From: Trypanosoma brucei
Lineage: Eukaryota
Reading direction: 5' to 3'
Assembly (NCBI GenBank): GCA_000002445.1
Contig: CP000069.1
Span: forward strand, 32,001-96,000
DNA length: 64,000 bases
In this document: positions 37,725 to 50,600 of the stretch, in pieces
Layout: each line of letters opens with the position of its first letter
Numbering within the stretch: position 1 is the first letter of the stretch
Notes under the pieces: generated by a model
Told to the model about the DNA's origin: nothing
Seen by the model: the letters and a program-made list of their open reading frames with translations, nothing else
Database searches by the model: none
Made by a program: the position numbers and the translations under genes

Positions 37725-39600
37725 CGTACGGTTTTGCACTTTTGCAACACTCATTTGTGGCAGCTTTTCCGCAAGCAGGGGGAACTCACCACACTGCCAT
37801 GGAAGCAAGATTCTCATTTCCTCACTGGTACACTCCCATCTTCCATTATTTTACCACTGCGACGTCCGGAGACGCGTTCAGGGCCCTTCGGAAAGCAGTT
37901 TCGCGTAGGAGCGACTTGCGCATCCAAGGAAAACACTAGCATGAGGATTGTGCCCCCCGCCCCCAGCCCCTTCGTATTCTTGCGCCCTTCAAGTCCCATC
38001 CGCCACTGAGCACCATGGTTGCTGTGCTTGGGGCTCCGTCCGACATTTCCCACAAGAAGCAGGAGACAGCTGCCTTTCACCCAAGTGCGCTGCCACGGCC
38101 TCCCGCGCCGTCTCGGTTACTTTCCTCATCCCAAGAGTCAGGCAATTCGCAGCACTTTCCGCCCATTCATCAACAGCCCTCCACCAACGTCCTTCAAGTT
38201 TCCCTAAAGAAGGCGCTGGCGCGTAACTTGCTGCACGCACGGATGGCGGCCGTGTGCCAACGCCGCGATGAGGCTTCCGGTGCAACCGAGAGGCGCGGCC
38301 GAAAGTGGGAGCGAGAGCTCTCCCAACTATTTGGGAGGTGGAGTCTCGCCAACGATACTTTGGGTTATCTTTCTCCTGTGGGAATTACTGTCGGAAATGA
38401 CGCCAGCTGCGTCGGCTCGATCGTTCCCCTCAGGACGTTTCATATTCAGAGGAAAACGAACCATGCATCGTTTACGTTGCGCATACGGACGATATGGCCC
38501 TCCGGGCTGTCTGAATCGACCAACGTCGCAAGTGATGCTCGCGAAGTGCGCGGGGGGGGGGGGGTGCCATCCCCCCTTTGGATGTACGATGGAAAGAAAA
38601 AAACCATTTAAGTGTCCGGGTTCCTTCACTTACATGGATGCCGAAAAAACGGTCGATGGGATTCTCCACTTTGCAGATGCCTTTCCCATGAGTGGTGGCT
38701 GCTTATCCCTGAAAAGTGATGCTGGAATACAGTTGCAAACGCCATCGCTGGAGGGAGGTGGTTGCAACTATGGGAAGGAATGTGCCCACCCTTCTCTACC
38801 AACTCGGGCGCATCAGCTAATGTCAACAGCGGGGGAAAAATCTCGGGTTGCTTGCCAGAGGTCTTCTTTTGCGTAGTGGTCCGTGCCTGCGCTTCCCCGT
38901 GAGCACTGCCACTGCACCGACACGGCGATTGTCTCAGCTCCCTCGTTCCGCCTGAGGAGTGTGTGCCACGGCAAAAGCTCACCCCATGCATTTTTGAACT
39001 TTGGGCCCACACACAAAATTGAGGTGGCTTGTAAGGCTGGTTCCCCTTGGTCGCTATTCGCGTGACGGCTTAAAATCCACTAATTATGGCTGTGGTTTCC
39101 GGCAAGCATGAACCAAGCGACTGCCTTGCCACAGTCTTGAAGTTGCAACAACTGCGACAGCTCATTGCACAGCACCTGCTCATGGTAATTGACGGGAAAT
39201 AAATGCGTTGCAACCCGTAAACGTCTTTTCCAACCGTTGTTTCGCTTCTTTGAAACAATTCCCCCTTCACGCGCTCCACTGCAAGTAGCGGGTGCGCTCG
39301 CACCGTGAATCTTTTGGTTGATCGTCCCGAAACACGAAGGGAGCAAAGCCCTTCCCCCCTTCAGGGGAAAGCGAAGCGGCATTTCCAAAAAGTCTAGTTG
39401 CAACTTTCCTTTTGTGTGCAACTAATTCAAAAATGACAGGATGCCATAGTTACCGTGGGGTGGAAACCACAAGAGGTATCATACTCATGCAGGTGAACAG
39501 CTGCGCTGTTACGGTTAATGGCACATCAGCGAAACCGAGGGCAAGATACACAATGCGTGCCTACAAACCCAGAGGTTTCCGTCCACCAGGAAGAGCTGCA
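37725..39600. other. Unassigned GC-rich block abutting the truncated 5' end of ingi-2. It has multiple overlapping medium ORFs with no recognisable domains.
   Basis: Its composition contrasts with the surrounding sequence; it contains G12 at 38555-38566. ORFs 38015..38611(+), 38268..38876(+) and 38626..39012(-) have no motifs I can assign. There is no copy elsewhere in the window. Confidence 0.3.
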
Positions 39601-40195
39601 TCGCATTGCTGTAGTTAGACAGCATATATGTTAATTAGTGTTGAATTAACGGGCAAACTAGCGGCAACATTTGCGCACCAAAGGTAGCGAGAAAAAACAA
39701 AAAGCTAGAAGTAAGAATAAAAGCGTAAAGAGACTTAACGCCATGTGCATGCAAAAAAACTTTCCCCATCCAAGTAGGCGTACCATAGCTGAAAAAACAA
39801 AAACAACGCCACCTGCGATATGTCAATAAACTATTTTTTCTGTTCCGTTGACAGGGTGGTGGTGGAGATTGCGCGTCATTTTGCATCCCTTTGCAAAAAA
39901 AACAACAACGAACAAACAAAAGCAAAGAGAAACAGATTGAGGTTTACTGTAACCGTTCCCTTTCAGTGTTCACAAACACTAAAAATCCGTTTAACGATGG
40001 TATGAGGATAATCAGATATCTTAGAGAGTCATTTTCAACGAGCAAAAGAATAAAAACACCAAATAACAACAAATTGGCTGTTGTGCTTTCTAAAGGTGGT
40101 AAGTGTTGGCCGATACACTTCATTCTACGCATATAACACACGGCCTCAACTGCGAAGACGCAGTTTTGTTGCTGAGGAAGAAGGCTTCGCGTTTT

Positions 40196-43100
40196 TTATG
40201 CCTCATGTTCCGCAAAGTGGTTTGCAATAATAATCAGCGACGCGCTCCTCAGCGTGCTGACTGACCGTTCGGTGCCACTGGATGCGCAGAGATCTACCAC
40301 ACGTCCAACTTTAACCGCGATGCGGCATATGATTTCCTCACAGCATTTATCGTCCCACTTGTCTTTCGCTCCAGCAGGAAACGGCACATGCCAACGCTCA
40401 CACAAGGGAACGAGCAACTTCCGCCGTTGTGCTGCGGCGAATGTGCCCAGAAGAGCTTGTAGAGAACTGGCGATCATCAGCGAAGACCCATTCATTCCTC
40501 CGCGAACGGAGCTTACATCGCTGGCTGTTGCGGAGGAACAATCTGACTTGTCGAAGTACTCGCGGTCTAATTGCAGTGCGGTGAAGACACGACCAGGCAC
40601 GGCATTCAACTGGTACATTTCCACAGGTTTCGGCACACCACGAAGTGTAACAGCACCAAGTGCAGTGACATCAATTTGCTCACGCTCCTCAGCTGACAGT
40701 GACAGGTATGTTGAGCGCGTCATCAGCACCTGACCACCATTTGCCACACTCTCTGTCCTTGCTGCCATGTTTGGAGTCCGCCCATAGTAGTCATATCCCT
40801 TCGTCACTTCATCGTGTCGGATATCGCACAACCCGGTGTGGATTCCAACACGTACACGCAGGCCATTCCACAAACGACTGTACACTTCAGGATCCAACCG
40901 TGCAGTTGGCGGTGTGTACTCACATTCTCCCTCCGTGCATTGCTCCTCAAACTCACGGTAGGAATCATCAATCGCATTTGTTCCCCAGTCATGATGCAAG
41001 AAACACAGCTGTAATTCCTGTGCGAGTTGGACGGCAGCGAAAGGACTCTTACTCGCTATCATGAACGAATCCCCAACAGTTTTGACTTCGTAGCAGTCAT
41101 ACCTCGCAATCAGTGAACGAATCATACGATGATGCGCGGCGACGGCATCAGGCATCAGCTCAGGGTGTGCAGCCCACAACGCAGTGCTGCTCTCAATGTC
41201 AGTAAATATTAGTGTCACGGGGTCAGTTGGCTCTCTAGGTGCACGGTTGTTGTTACGACTTAGGCGCAACAAATACAACATCGTTGCTACCAATGCCGCA
41301 ACGACCGCCAGAGCGATGAGAGCGCCAGCGATAAGGCCTGCAAGTTCGGCGTTCGTGAGTTGGCCTTCTTGAGGATTAAGGTATTTTATCGACGGTGTCA
41401 CTGGCGAGGTAAGTGGCAACACTGAGGCGTCTAACGCCCGAGCCGCGGACCACAGGGAAATGCGCGTCGCGCCGTAGTTAACTATACAGCTTTCCGCGTC
41501 ACTGGCATCCCCACCGAGGGGCTCGGCGCAGGTATCACTGGCAAAGGGGCCATACCGCATATCGTCAACGGCAATGACCGATTGTGCAAAGATGGTCTCG
41601 GTCAGAGTCTTCGGGGTCACCTTTTCCGTGAATTGAAGGACAGTCCTCGTGAACCTTGCGGTAGCGAACCCAAGCAACCTCAGTGGCGTCCAAACGGAAG
41701 GAGCACGTAGCGCAGCGTGGAACCTTCGTACGGTCTCTGATGTTGTGTTGACGTCTGCCCAGTGGGGCAGACTCGTGGGGAAGAGAAGGCGGTAAGCGCT
41801 CGGGCTGCCATTAAATGTGCGCGCGATACCACTGTACATCAAGGCCATGTCAAAGAACGGCACGAATACATACACATCAGGGTTAGCATCAAGGTGATCT
41901 TTAAGCTCTCCGACATCAGCGACGTTGATTCCGATGACAATGGCATATCCGTCTTTCGGAAGCTTCTCTTTCAATGCCGCAACCTTGTCTAACGTAGCAA
42001 ATGAGTCCAGCGAGGTGCCGGTGGCCAAAAACGTTCTTCGAATTGCGTCCTCGACTCCCTGCGCGTTCCTGCCACGAAATAAAACGGACGCTCTTCCAGA
42101 CGCTTTGCGCACCAGATACCCCGAAATCACAAATAACTGCTGTTCCAGCGTTGGTGACAGGTAGATCACATTGCTTCCGTTATGGCGAAGTTCCGGATTT
42201 AGCGTTATAGGGTCAATAAATACGACATCCGCCGTCGCAAGCATTTCTTCACTCACTGCGCCAAATAGAGCCGTAACAACCTTAGTGTCCAACTCGTGCA
42301 TCAGTGCTGAAGATGCAGCGCTTGACGCCGAAGCTCTACCCTGTAAAAACAAGCGGTCGGATTGACCAAACGTTCCATCGCCAGTAAGGACACTAACGCC
42401 ACCGTATATCTCCCCATTGGCTCTTAGTGCAGCCGGGTTATCCCACAAAAGAAATATCAAACCATTCACGGGAGACTCCACTCTCATGCCATCGTAGTAA
42501 CAACTAGACGGATTGAATACAGTTAACCCGTTGCGAATGTCGACCAATGCGTAATCGCTTGATAGAGAGTTCAGGTAAACCACGTTCCCCCCCTGGTTGC
42601 AGTTGCAGGCCGCTCCGTAATCAGCTGCCGCTGACCCGCATTCCCCACCGAAGTCACCAATCACAAGGTCGTTAATGACGTACCGGCGTTGCCTGTAAAG
42701 CGATTCCATGTATTCCTTCCTGCTACTAAGAAACTCGCGATTCGCTAGGGATTGGGACAACACCTCACCAACGATCCACCCGTACATCACTGGCTCTCCG
42801 TCTACACCGTAGAGATCTGTGATATTCAAAGAACTGTACTGGCCCGAGTTGGTGTGGTCGTTTAAGTACGACTCCACATCACTTCGGCAACGACGAACAG
42901 CGGCGTATTCAGTGCTGGTCGGCCTGGGGACGACTCCTGTTAATATCACTTGGTCGGTCTTCAACGTGACGTTGAGAGCATCAGCTGCCCACCGCCACGC
43001 ACTTTCGATTTCAGCCTCATGCGGTAAAGTGGAAAGGAAATGCGCATCCCGTGTGCGGTTATCAACAATCATATTCTTTATGAACTTTGCTGTATCTTCT

Positions 43101-43831
43101 GACAGTGGTGAAAAAATGATCACACCCTGCGGATGCGTTTCTGCAAACCGGTTCCATGCAGTGTCAAATTCGGAAGAATCCGCTTCCCCCGTTACAGAGC
43201 TCTTTACAGTGAACACGCCACACAATTCACGACCCATATGCGACATCAGCTCCACAGCTAGCAAGTACTCGTTGTCCCCAAATGAGACATTCTGCAGGTA
43301 CATGAAACCAATCCGTCGCAAACGCAGTTGTGTTACTGCAAAACGAAGCAGTGTCAGTAACTCAGCAACGGGCGAAACAAATAGAAAGTAGAGATTTGGG
43401 TTCCACCCACGCACAGAGTTTGAACCAGTGTAGGGACCAAGAGTGACCAAGTTTTCCTGTTTAAGCAAAGGCATGAAAGATAATGCGTCAGCGTCATTAA
43501 GGGGCCCAACCGACACAAATAACTCATCCCTGTTTTGTTCTATGGCCGTCTGCAAGCCATCAACGGGTTCGGCGTCGTACGATGACGGATGAACAACTTC
43601 CACACTCACATTCGACTCACGAAGCCACTGCTTTGATGCCATTGATGCATTGAAACCAATGCCGATCGCATCATTGTAATGTGCAGGAACAGCGGCCCCG
43701 TACAACAAATAATATACTTTAACGTGTATATCATCTGCTGCACCAGACAACGATGCCGCTGATACGATCATTAGGAGCACCAAAGACATCATCTTTGTGC
43801 CGGGCATGTGGCGCCACTGCAGGACACACAT
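40196..43831 (-). CDS. GRESAG4: Receptor-type adenylate cyclase, GRESAG4 family, copy B. Its ectodomain is divergent; its catalytic domain is near-identical to copy A at the nucleotide level.
   Basis: ORF-track 40196..43909 starts at TTG. In-frame ATGs lie at 43831, 43807 and 43792/43789. The signal peptide MMSLVLLMIVSAASLSGAADD favours 43792; 43831 is the first ATG. The TM is LAGLIAGALIALAVVAALVATMLYLL. The catalytic block runs from VTLIFTDIESSTALW… to …EMYQLNAVPGR. Confidence 0.88.
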   Translation of the reverse strand: MCVLQWRHMPGTKMMSLVLLMIVSAASLSGAADDIHVKVYYLLYGAAVPAHYNDAIGIGFNASMASKQWLRESNVSVEVVHPSSYDAEPVDGLQTAIEQNRDELFVSVGPLNDADALSFMPLLKQENLVTLGPYTGSNSVRGWNPNLYFLFVSPVAELLTLLRFAVTQLRLRRIGFMYLQNVSFGDNEYLLAVELMSHMGRELCGVFTVKSSVTGEADSSEFDTAWNRFAETHPQGVIIFSPLSEDTAKFIKNMIVDNRTRDAHFLSTLPHEAEIESAWRWAADALNVTLKTDQVILTGVVPRPTSTEYAAVRRCRSDVESYLNDHTNSGQYSSLNITDLYGVDGEPVMYGWIVGEVLSQSLANREFLSSRKEYMESLYRQRRYVINDLVIGDFGGECGSAAADYGAACNCNQGGNVVYLNSLSSDYALVDIRNGLTVFNPSSCYYDGMRVESPVNGLIFLLWDNPAALRANGEIYGGVSVLTGDGTFGQSDRLFLQGRASASSAASSALMHELDTKVVTALFGAVSEEMLATADVVFIDPITLNPELRHNGSNVIYLSPTLEQQLFVISGYLVRKASGRASVLFRGRNAQGVEDAIRRTFLATGTSLDSFATLDKVAALKEKLPKDGYAIVIGINVADVGELKDHLDANPDVYVFVPFFDMALMYSGIARTFNGSPSAYRLLFPTSLPHWADVNTTSETVRRFHAALRAPSVWTPLRLLGFATARFTRTVLQFTEKVTPKTLTETIFAQSVIAVDDMRYGPFASDTCAEPLGGDASDAESCIVNYGATRISLWSAARALDASVLPLTSPVTPSIKYLNPQEGQLTNAELAGLIAGALIALAVVAALVATMLYLLRLSRNNNRAPREPTDPVTLIFTDIESSTALWAAHPELMPDAVAAHHRMIRSLIARYDCYEVKTVGDSFMIASKSPFAAVQLAQELQLCFLHHDWGTNAIDDSYREFEEQCTEGECEYTPPTARLDPEVYSRLWNGLRVRVGIHTGLCDIRHDEVTKGYDYYGRTPNMAARTESVANGGQVLMTRSTYLSLSAEEREQIDVTALGAVTLRGVPKPVEMYQLNAVPGRVFTALQLDREYFDKSDCSSATASDVSSVRGGMNGSSLMIASSLQALLGTFAAAQRRKLLVPLCERWHVPFPAGAKDKWDDKCCEEIICRIAVKVGRVVDLCASSGTERSVSTLRSASLIIIANHFAEHEA

Positions 43832-44679
43832 GACACGCTTACCCGTGTCCAAAATACGCGGCCAGAAGCTCGAAGAAACAAATATACAGTGGCCAGTATC
43901 CTTACTCAATTGTCTTTAACTAGGTGATGGTTCATAATGTCAAAGAATCATGTTAGGCGGAGAAGGATACCGGCGTCGACATAGAGAATTACGATACGGG
44001 GGCGATAGTGATGAACGCAGTAATATTAGGTGGAACTTCCCGTGTTACTGGGAAGTGAGGCGACGTCCCGACAACTGTTTCACACGAATCCCAACAAAGA
44101 GGAAGGGTAATATTTTCAACGACTAAATTATTCTGTCTTTCTCCAGGTTGTCGCACCGCTATTCGACGGAGCATTCTACCTTTAGATTGCTGGGATGCAG
44201 TATGGGTCCTTGAGGCGCGAATAGGCTTCTCGGACATGTAATCACCAGAGACATGTTTCTTCATTTTGTAATTCATCAAGTGTGTGTGCCCTTTGGGAAG
44301 TGTGACATACGCCTACCCAAGATGAACAAATACCCGTGCATGTATGACAATACTAACTAGCATGAATTCGCAATGTTCAAACTCGTTGCCTGCGTTACGC
44401 GCCCCAGTTTTTTCATGGGCAAATGCGCCCTCACATGACATGAACAATGAAAATTGCACTGTGCAAAATACACACCACCACAAAGCGACACGCATCGATC
44501 TAGCACGGAAACGCACCATATTTTAAATCTCTACACACCGACGGACACAAACCATCACCACTCGGCTTCCTCTGCCGTCTTTTACACACAGCTCAACATC
44601 GAGAGTCACCAAATTATCCGGGAGGGAGGGAGGGGGAAACACTAACGATCCACCCAGAACCAACAACACCTACTGTTGG

Positions 44680-47600
44680 GGAAACTAATGGTGACACATT
44701 TGTGCACACTCTTACGCTATAGTACACGATATGAACGAAGAAATAATAAAAATAAAGGAAAACAAATGAGTGTGCGCTCCATTTAGATGACGAACAAACA
44801 CTATTTCAGATGGACACACGTATCTGCGTTTGAATATTTGAATAGGTTGGTAGCTTCTGTGTTTGACACTAACACATTACTCGCAATGCTATCTTAACAT
44901 CGAATAGTATATGAGTGGAAACAAACTAAATCAGCAATTACGAAATTGCTGTTATCATTACCGTGACACAAATAGCGCTATTGTTTAGAAGGTAACAACA
45001 ATGGCAAAGAAGGGATGGAACACAACTACAGATAACAATATCGGCTCAATGACCGCTAAGAAATAAACATAATCAGTGGTTATTCACATGTTTAACGTCA
45101 GTTCCCTTGAGCAGAGGGACAAGAACACTTGGACACATCGCACACTTGCAGTAGAGTACAGGCATGCACACAATGTGAAGCATTAGCGTTGGCATCTTGT
45201 ATACCACAATGTATTGTAGGCTATTGAAGTTTCTTTATCTTTAAAGTTTCATGAGCTGTCCATAGTGCTGGCACCTGCTATTCTGTTCGACACAGGTAGC
45301 AGTGTCTCCCATTTTCTCCAACCTTAAATGAGTTAGATACCGCATAATCATACAGATCATGTGCATTCGCTTCCGGTGTTGGAGGTGAAAGATCACATCT
45401 GCTGCACACAATTGCGTGGATTGACCACAAGAAGAAAAAGATATAGCTTGAAGCCACGTGTGCTGCAGCGAAATGTGTTTGTGTAGGGATACTCCCTTAT
45501 CGTATGGATTGCCTTCCTATTTCCAAACATAATATTCAATGCTGGTGAATCATATCGTTCCAGTGAAACGCCATTTTAGCTGTGTAATTTACCTTTTAAT
45601 TTACCTTCTCCCTCCCTGTGAGTTTATTTCTAACGAGAGAACGAAATTAAACCAAATTCAGCAATGATACACAATAGTCACTGCATGGAGTGAGATTGTC
45701 AGGTAATGTTCTTGAGAGCAATTGCTTCTTATAACGGAGTTACATCAGAGAAGACTCACACATTCATTACAGTGCAGAGAAAATGAACTGTCAATGAAGT
45801 CATCACACTTCATAAATACACTAACATCACAGAAATCAATACAGGGCTCACGAAGAGTACTTCAATGGACTCTTTTCATGTGTAAATTATGGTCAAGAGG
45901 GTGAACGCACGGATAAACAAATATGTGTCATACAGACGGTGCCAGATGTGAGGGAACTAACCCTGAGAAATACTGATTGCGCCAACTCACAGTAATTAGT
46001 GATATATCCGACGGACTCATGGTCAGATGGGGAAAACAATAGCAGCTGATAAATATGGAAGGGATAAGCACATACAAAGCCTTAAATATATTCGCAAAGT
46101 TTGAATAAACAAGCAAACATATCAACGCCAATGTGTTTCTTTGTTTTATTGTGCAAAATGTATCAACCGTGATGGTGGACTAGTGACAAACGTATGACTG
46201 TAAATACTGCACCGAACCAGTAGGTGCCAGCAATTCAGTGTATCCATATATTACCACTCACTACCACCTTAGAACCTAATAACTAAGAAAAGAAGATAGC
46301 AATATTCAACATTGTAGAGGATAGACAATGAACATAGAAACAGAAAAGTTTTTTTACACAAACCATTCCCATCAAAAACATACAGCTGCGTTAACAGAAG
46401 CAAGTACTGCTGCAAACAGGTCAGGACTGTTTCCTTCTTATATTTTTCATGTCGATTACTTTCTTATCACACTATGTCGTTCACTCACTCCAATATAAGA
46501 AAACTGCGACTGCTGTTAAAGTGTCTATCATTTCACATACACAGACTCAATGGTTCGCTTACCACTTGCGCTGTGTTCCCCATAGTGGCAACCTGTCATT
46601 CACAGTAAAGAAAGTTGATCTCGCATTTCTTGTTTCGTATCGACATTGACATCTCGGGTATCCGTGCTATCTTCAATTAATGTTATCGCACACATACAAA
46701 GACGTTATGTCACAAAGTTCCTTCAACACTAGCATGCATAAGTTCAAGGACGACAATGAGAGCCCCCTGTTACACAGACTAGTAAGCTGGCGGTACCTAA
46801 TGCTGTACATGCACTTAAGGCGAATAGCAATGACTTCGATGTGACTACCATCCCTGTGGTATTCTACAATGTCTCAGAGGGGAAATTGTGCCCATATTTC
46901 ATTTACATCATACTCACACTGAAATTTAACAAGCAATTACGGCACTAGAATATCTTCATCCATTTGTCATCTTTCAACAAAACATAACAATAATACTAAT
47001 TCATGTTCCGAAGAATAAGCATGCACTAACCAAAGTCAATGCAATACATATTGTTCCTGAAACGCACCGAGAAAAAATTCCACCCCCTCAGTTCACAAAG
47101 TTTCAGTAGACGGAGCACGAATTGTCACACACCAGAAGGTCATGGTCAAATGTTTTGAACCACAGGCTGATCCCTGGCAGAGCCTGACAATGAGGGCGAA
47201 CTTCCCTTTGAAGTTTACATTTCATTTTTTGAAAGACAAAATCGACTACGAGCGTGGGTAATCCTTTCATTGGATGTTACGAGCGTTTAAAGAAAAGGTC
47301 ATCTATACTCAATATCAGGATTTATATTCAACCTTTGGGGTTGTAACATGTGCACTCAGTTCGTTTCCCCGTAGCGTGGCCCCGATCAGACGATTTACCA
47401 TCAAACTCAGGTGCCCCTTCATCAGAGGGCGGCATGGTGTCCCCTACGCGGGTTCATTCAGTTTCCCTTGTATAAAATGAGGAGAATACTCAAGGAGTTT
47501 AACGCATCGACCCACCACATGTAAACCACTGCTGCGTATTCTTGATAGGCGCATGTGCATGTAACATTGCTGTTTCACAATTCACGCAGCCACAGAGTTA

Positions 47601-50600
47601 AGTGACACCATCTCGTATGAACGGCAATGCGACCCTGCGGCACGTGTAGCACAGCCTCACCAAAGTTTCCCTCGCTTAACACCCTTTTACCAGCATTTGG
47701 CTCTTGTGCCTCGGCGCCACGGTCAACATCCTGCCACAATTATTCGAACCTCTCTCAGCTCTATCTCCGGTGCCTCGACTTAGTCCGATTGCAACTTTAG
47801 ACATTGCAGCTTCAGTTAAAAGTTGTCCTTTGCTCTCTCTGTTTGGAGTCGTCCGTTCGGTCGGGAAAAGGTTTCACAGTTCCGCGATCAGATCTAAGTC
47901 TTCCAGTTTCAAGAACCTACGTGAAAAATGCGCCCACAGCCCGTGAAGCGATGATCTGCCTCTCACGGTATTTTCCGCCCCACATTCTTTGCGCAGTGCC
48001 TTTTGGGTCTGTCATTGTAGTAAATGCGGGGAAGTTTCTTTGGACCTTATGCCTGGGTTGCGGAATTGCTTTTTCATTTTCTCTTCGTGATCGCGCCGCT
48101 TCTGTATGGTAAGGGAAGGTCGCTCCATGCATTTTGTCGGGAGGCGCGCGAGTTGGTGCGCCCTCAGAATCGGCCTTACCAACTGGAATGTTCCGTCGGC
48201 CTCGGCTTTCTCAAGTGTTTTTCTTTCCGGCTTGTCCGCCTCCGGCGTGCGGGTGTGAGCACCGACGAGTGTGCAAAATTTCCCCTTCGTTGAGTGTCCA
48301 TGTGAAGGCGGAACGCCACGGCATCGATGGTACGGCCGCTCACTGGCAGCGTCGGCTGGGGCGAGTGCGCAGAGGTAATATCAAAGAGCGCTCCTTCCAT
48401 TGAATGTACCGGTGGTACTGTGTGCGGTTACTGTGGTTGATTTGCGCTGTTTTAGGGGAGGTTAGGCATGGACGCTGGATTTTGTTTGGTGCCCGCCTCG
48501 AATAGCTCTGAGTGGCAACTTTCCTCTGCTCTGGACATGATAAAGGAATATTCGTGACCATACCGTTATTTTCGTAGCAATGTGGAGCTCGCCATCGGCA
48601 CACACACCCGCGTGAGGGATGTATGCGTTCAACGCGGAGTGCTGTCTTAGCTAGCGAGCCATTTTTATCCGGCTCATAAGATGCCAGTCTATTATTTTCC
48701 CAGTATGTCAAAAAGATGGCTTCCCATCGTAACTATAAAACATTGCTCATCACCTTTGGTGCGGTAGCGGATCGGCTATTCGTGTCGTGTGCTGCAGGGT
48801 ATTTGCGGAACGTAAACAATACTCGTTTGTCTCGATCAAGACAAAAGAGAGAAAATATGACAATGACGGTAACAACTATCTGCTTGCGCCATCGATACGC
48901 TCTAACTCACTTTGGGGGTGCTGCCGAAGGGTGCAAAAACCAACGGACAATGTAATAAGGTTGTAAATAATGATTAGAAAGTGAATGACCCAGTTTGTCT
49001 AAAAACTTCTGATCGGCCAGCCTTGGTTCAAATTATTTTTTGAGCATTTGGTTAGGGACGGACGATGTACGTAAAGACGTTTAGTGCTGGTATAAAGGTA
49101 CCGTCTGTGTGTGCAATTGGAGCCATATTTTCGCTACGAGGCACTAAGCGCTACAAAACATCATGGTAAAATTTACATCCAGTCCCTGCCATGATTGTGA
49201 ATGAAGCAAGAATGATATTAATTTAGAACTTGGCAGTGATTTACTGGCGGCAGATCTAGCGCTAGTAATTGTGTTACTCATGGAGGCAGCGTGTTGTACA
49301 CCCATTTTGAGGAAAGTAACTACTCAAGATAATCTCATCAAATATAGGTATCCGTACGGGAATGTTGGTGGGGCTACGAATTGCGATGCCTTGCGATGCC
49401 CATAAAAAATTTCCCGTGACACTACCTGTAACATGAGGTGATACTCCACTGCTCTCTCCTCGTAAGGGAATTGAGTACAAGTGACGGAGAGTTAGTGAGT
49501 AATCACCTTTCGTGGATTGGATAGGTAACAGATGGGCAATACCCAATGTCACTCACGGGATGTTACTGAGATGTCATTTGTGTCGCTCGATGGCACCTGC
49601 CGTTTTGTTGTTGGAGGCTCGTTTTTCTTTGCTACCTCGTTGGCAATATTCCCAATTTAATTACCTCCTTCATATGCCTATAATTATTTTTTTACTCCGA
49701 GAGACATCCCAATAAATTACTGCCTCTCTTTTTCTTCGCGACAAGCAGCTACCGGCATGTATAAAAGTGAAGAAAGGAAGAAGCACAAAACAGATACGCA
49801 TCTCACTTACTGACTTAGGAAGTCATATCGCTTTTTTTTCTTTGACTGAAGGTAAGTACCATACACTCAACAGCGCACATAATTTTACCGTATGATGCAC
49901 CACTGGGAGAGAGACCAAAAATGGAAAAAGAAAGGAAAAAGCGGATAGGAACTAATGCAGGACATGCCGGCTAACTAACAGTGAGAGGACTATTGTTGGA
50001 GACGCTATGTGGTTAACAGGACTGTGTGGTAATGTTTAATTCCGATACTTCGAGTTCCTGTGGTTTCTACACTTAGTGAAACAATGCCTTCTGCACTGCC
50101 AAATTCCTCTATGGTTTTAACGCAAGTGTGCTTCTTTGTTGTTATTGTTGCTCTTAAAATATGAGGATAAAGAGAAGAAATCAATTGAAAAGTGAATATG
50201 CTGAGTGTGTGCGTTTGAGACAAGGTACGACTGTGCTGTAGGTTCTGTGGCACTAGCCTTCCCTCGCTGAGCACAAATATTTGCAACCGATGGTTTCAGA
50301 TGTGACTCGGGGGCTGGTGACCGTAGCTGCAGTTTGTCTCAATGTGTAGGCACTATTTTAAATGACTTATACCGAACAAGGGATATCTTAAGAAGGAACT
50401 AATAGTGTCATAGGGACACATTATTTTGTTGTTGCGCTTATACATTGAATGTTTTGTTGCCGACAATAAAGGCTAACATTGTGGAAGCAGTTACTGTAAA
50501 GAGATATTGTCCCCAAACGTGTATGAGGCCACTATTGATACGAAATTTGTTTTTCCACTAAAAGGTAAGGGAGCACCTTATTCCGATACCCTCAGCTCAC

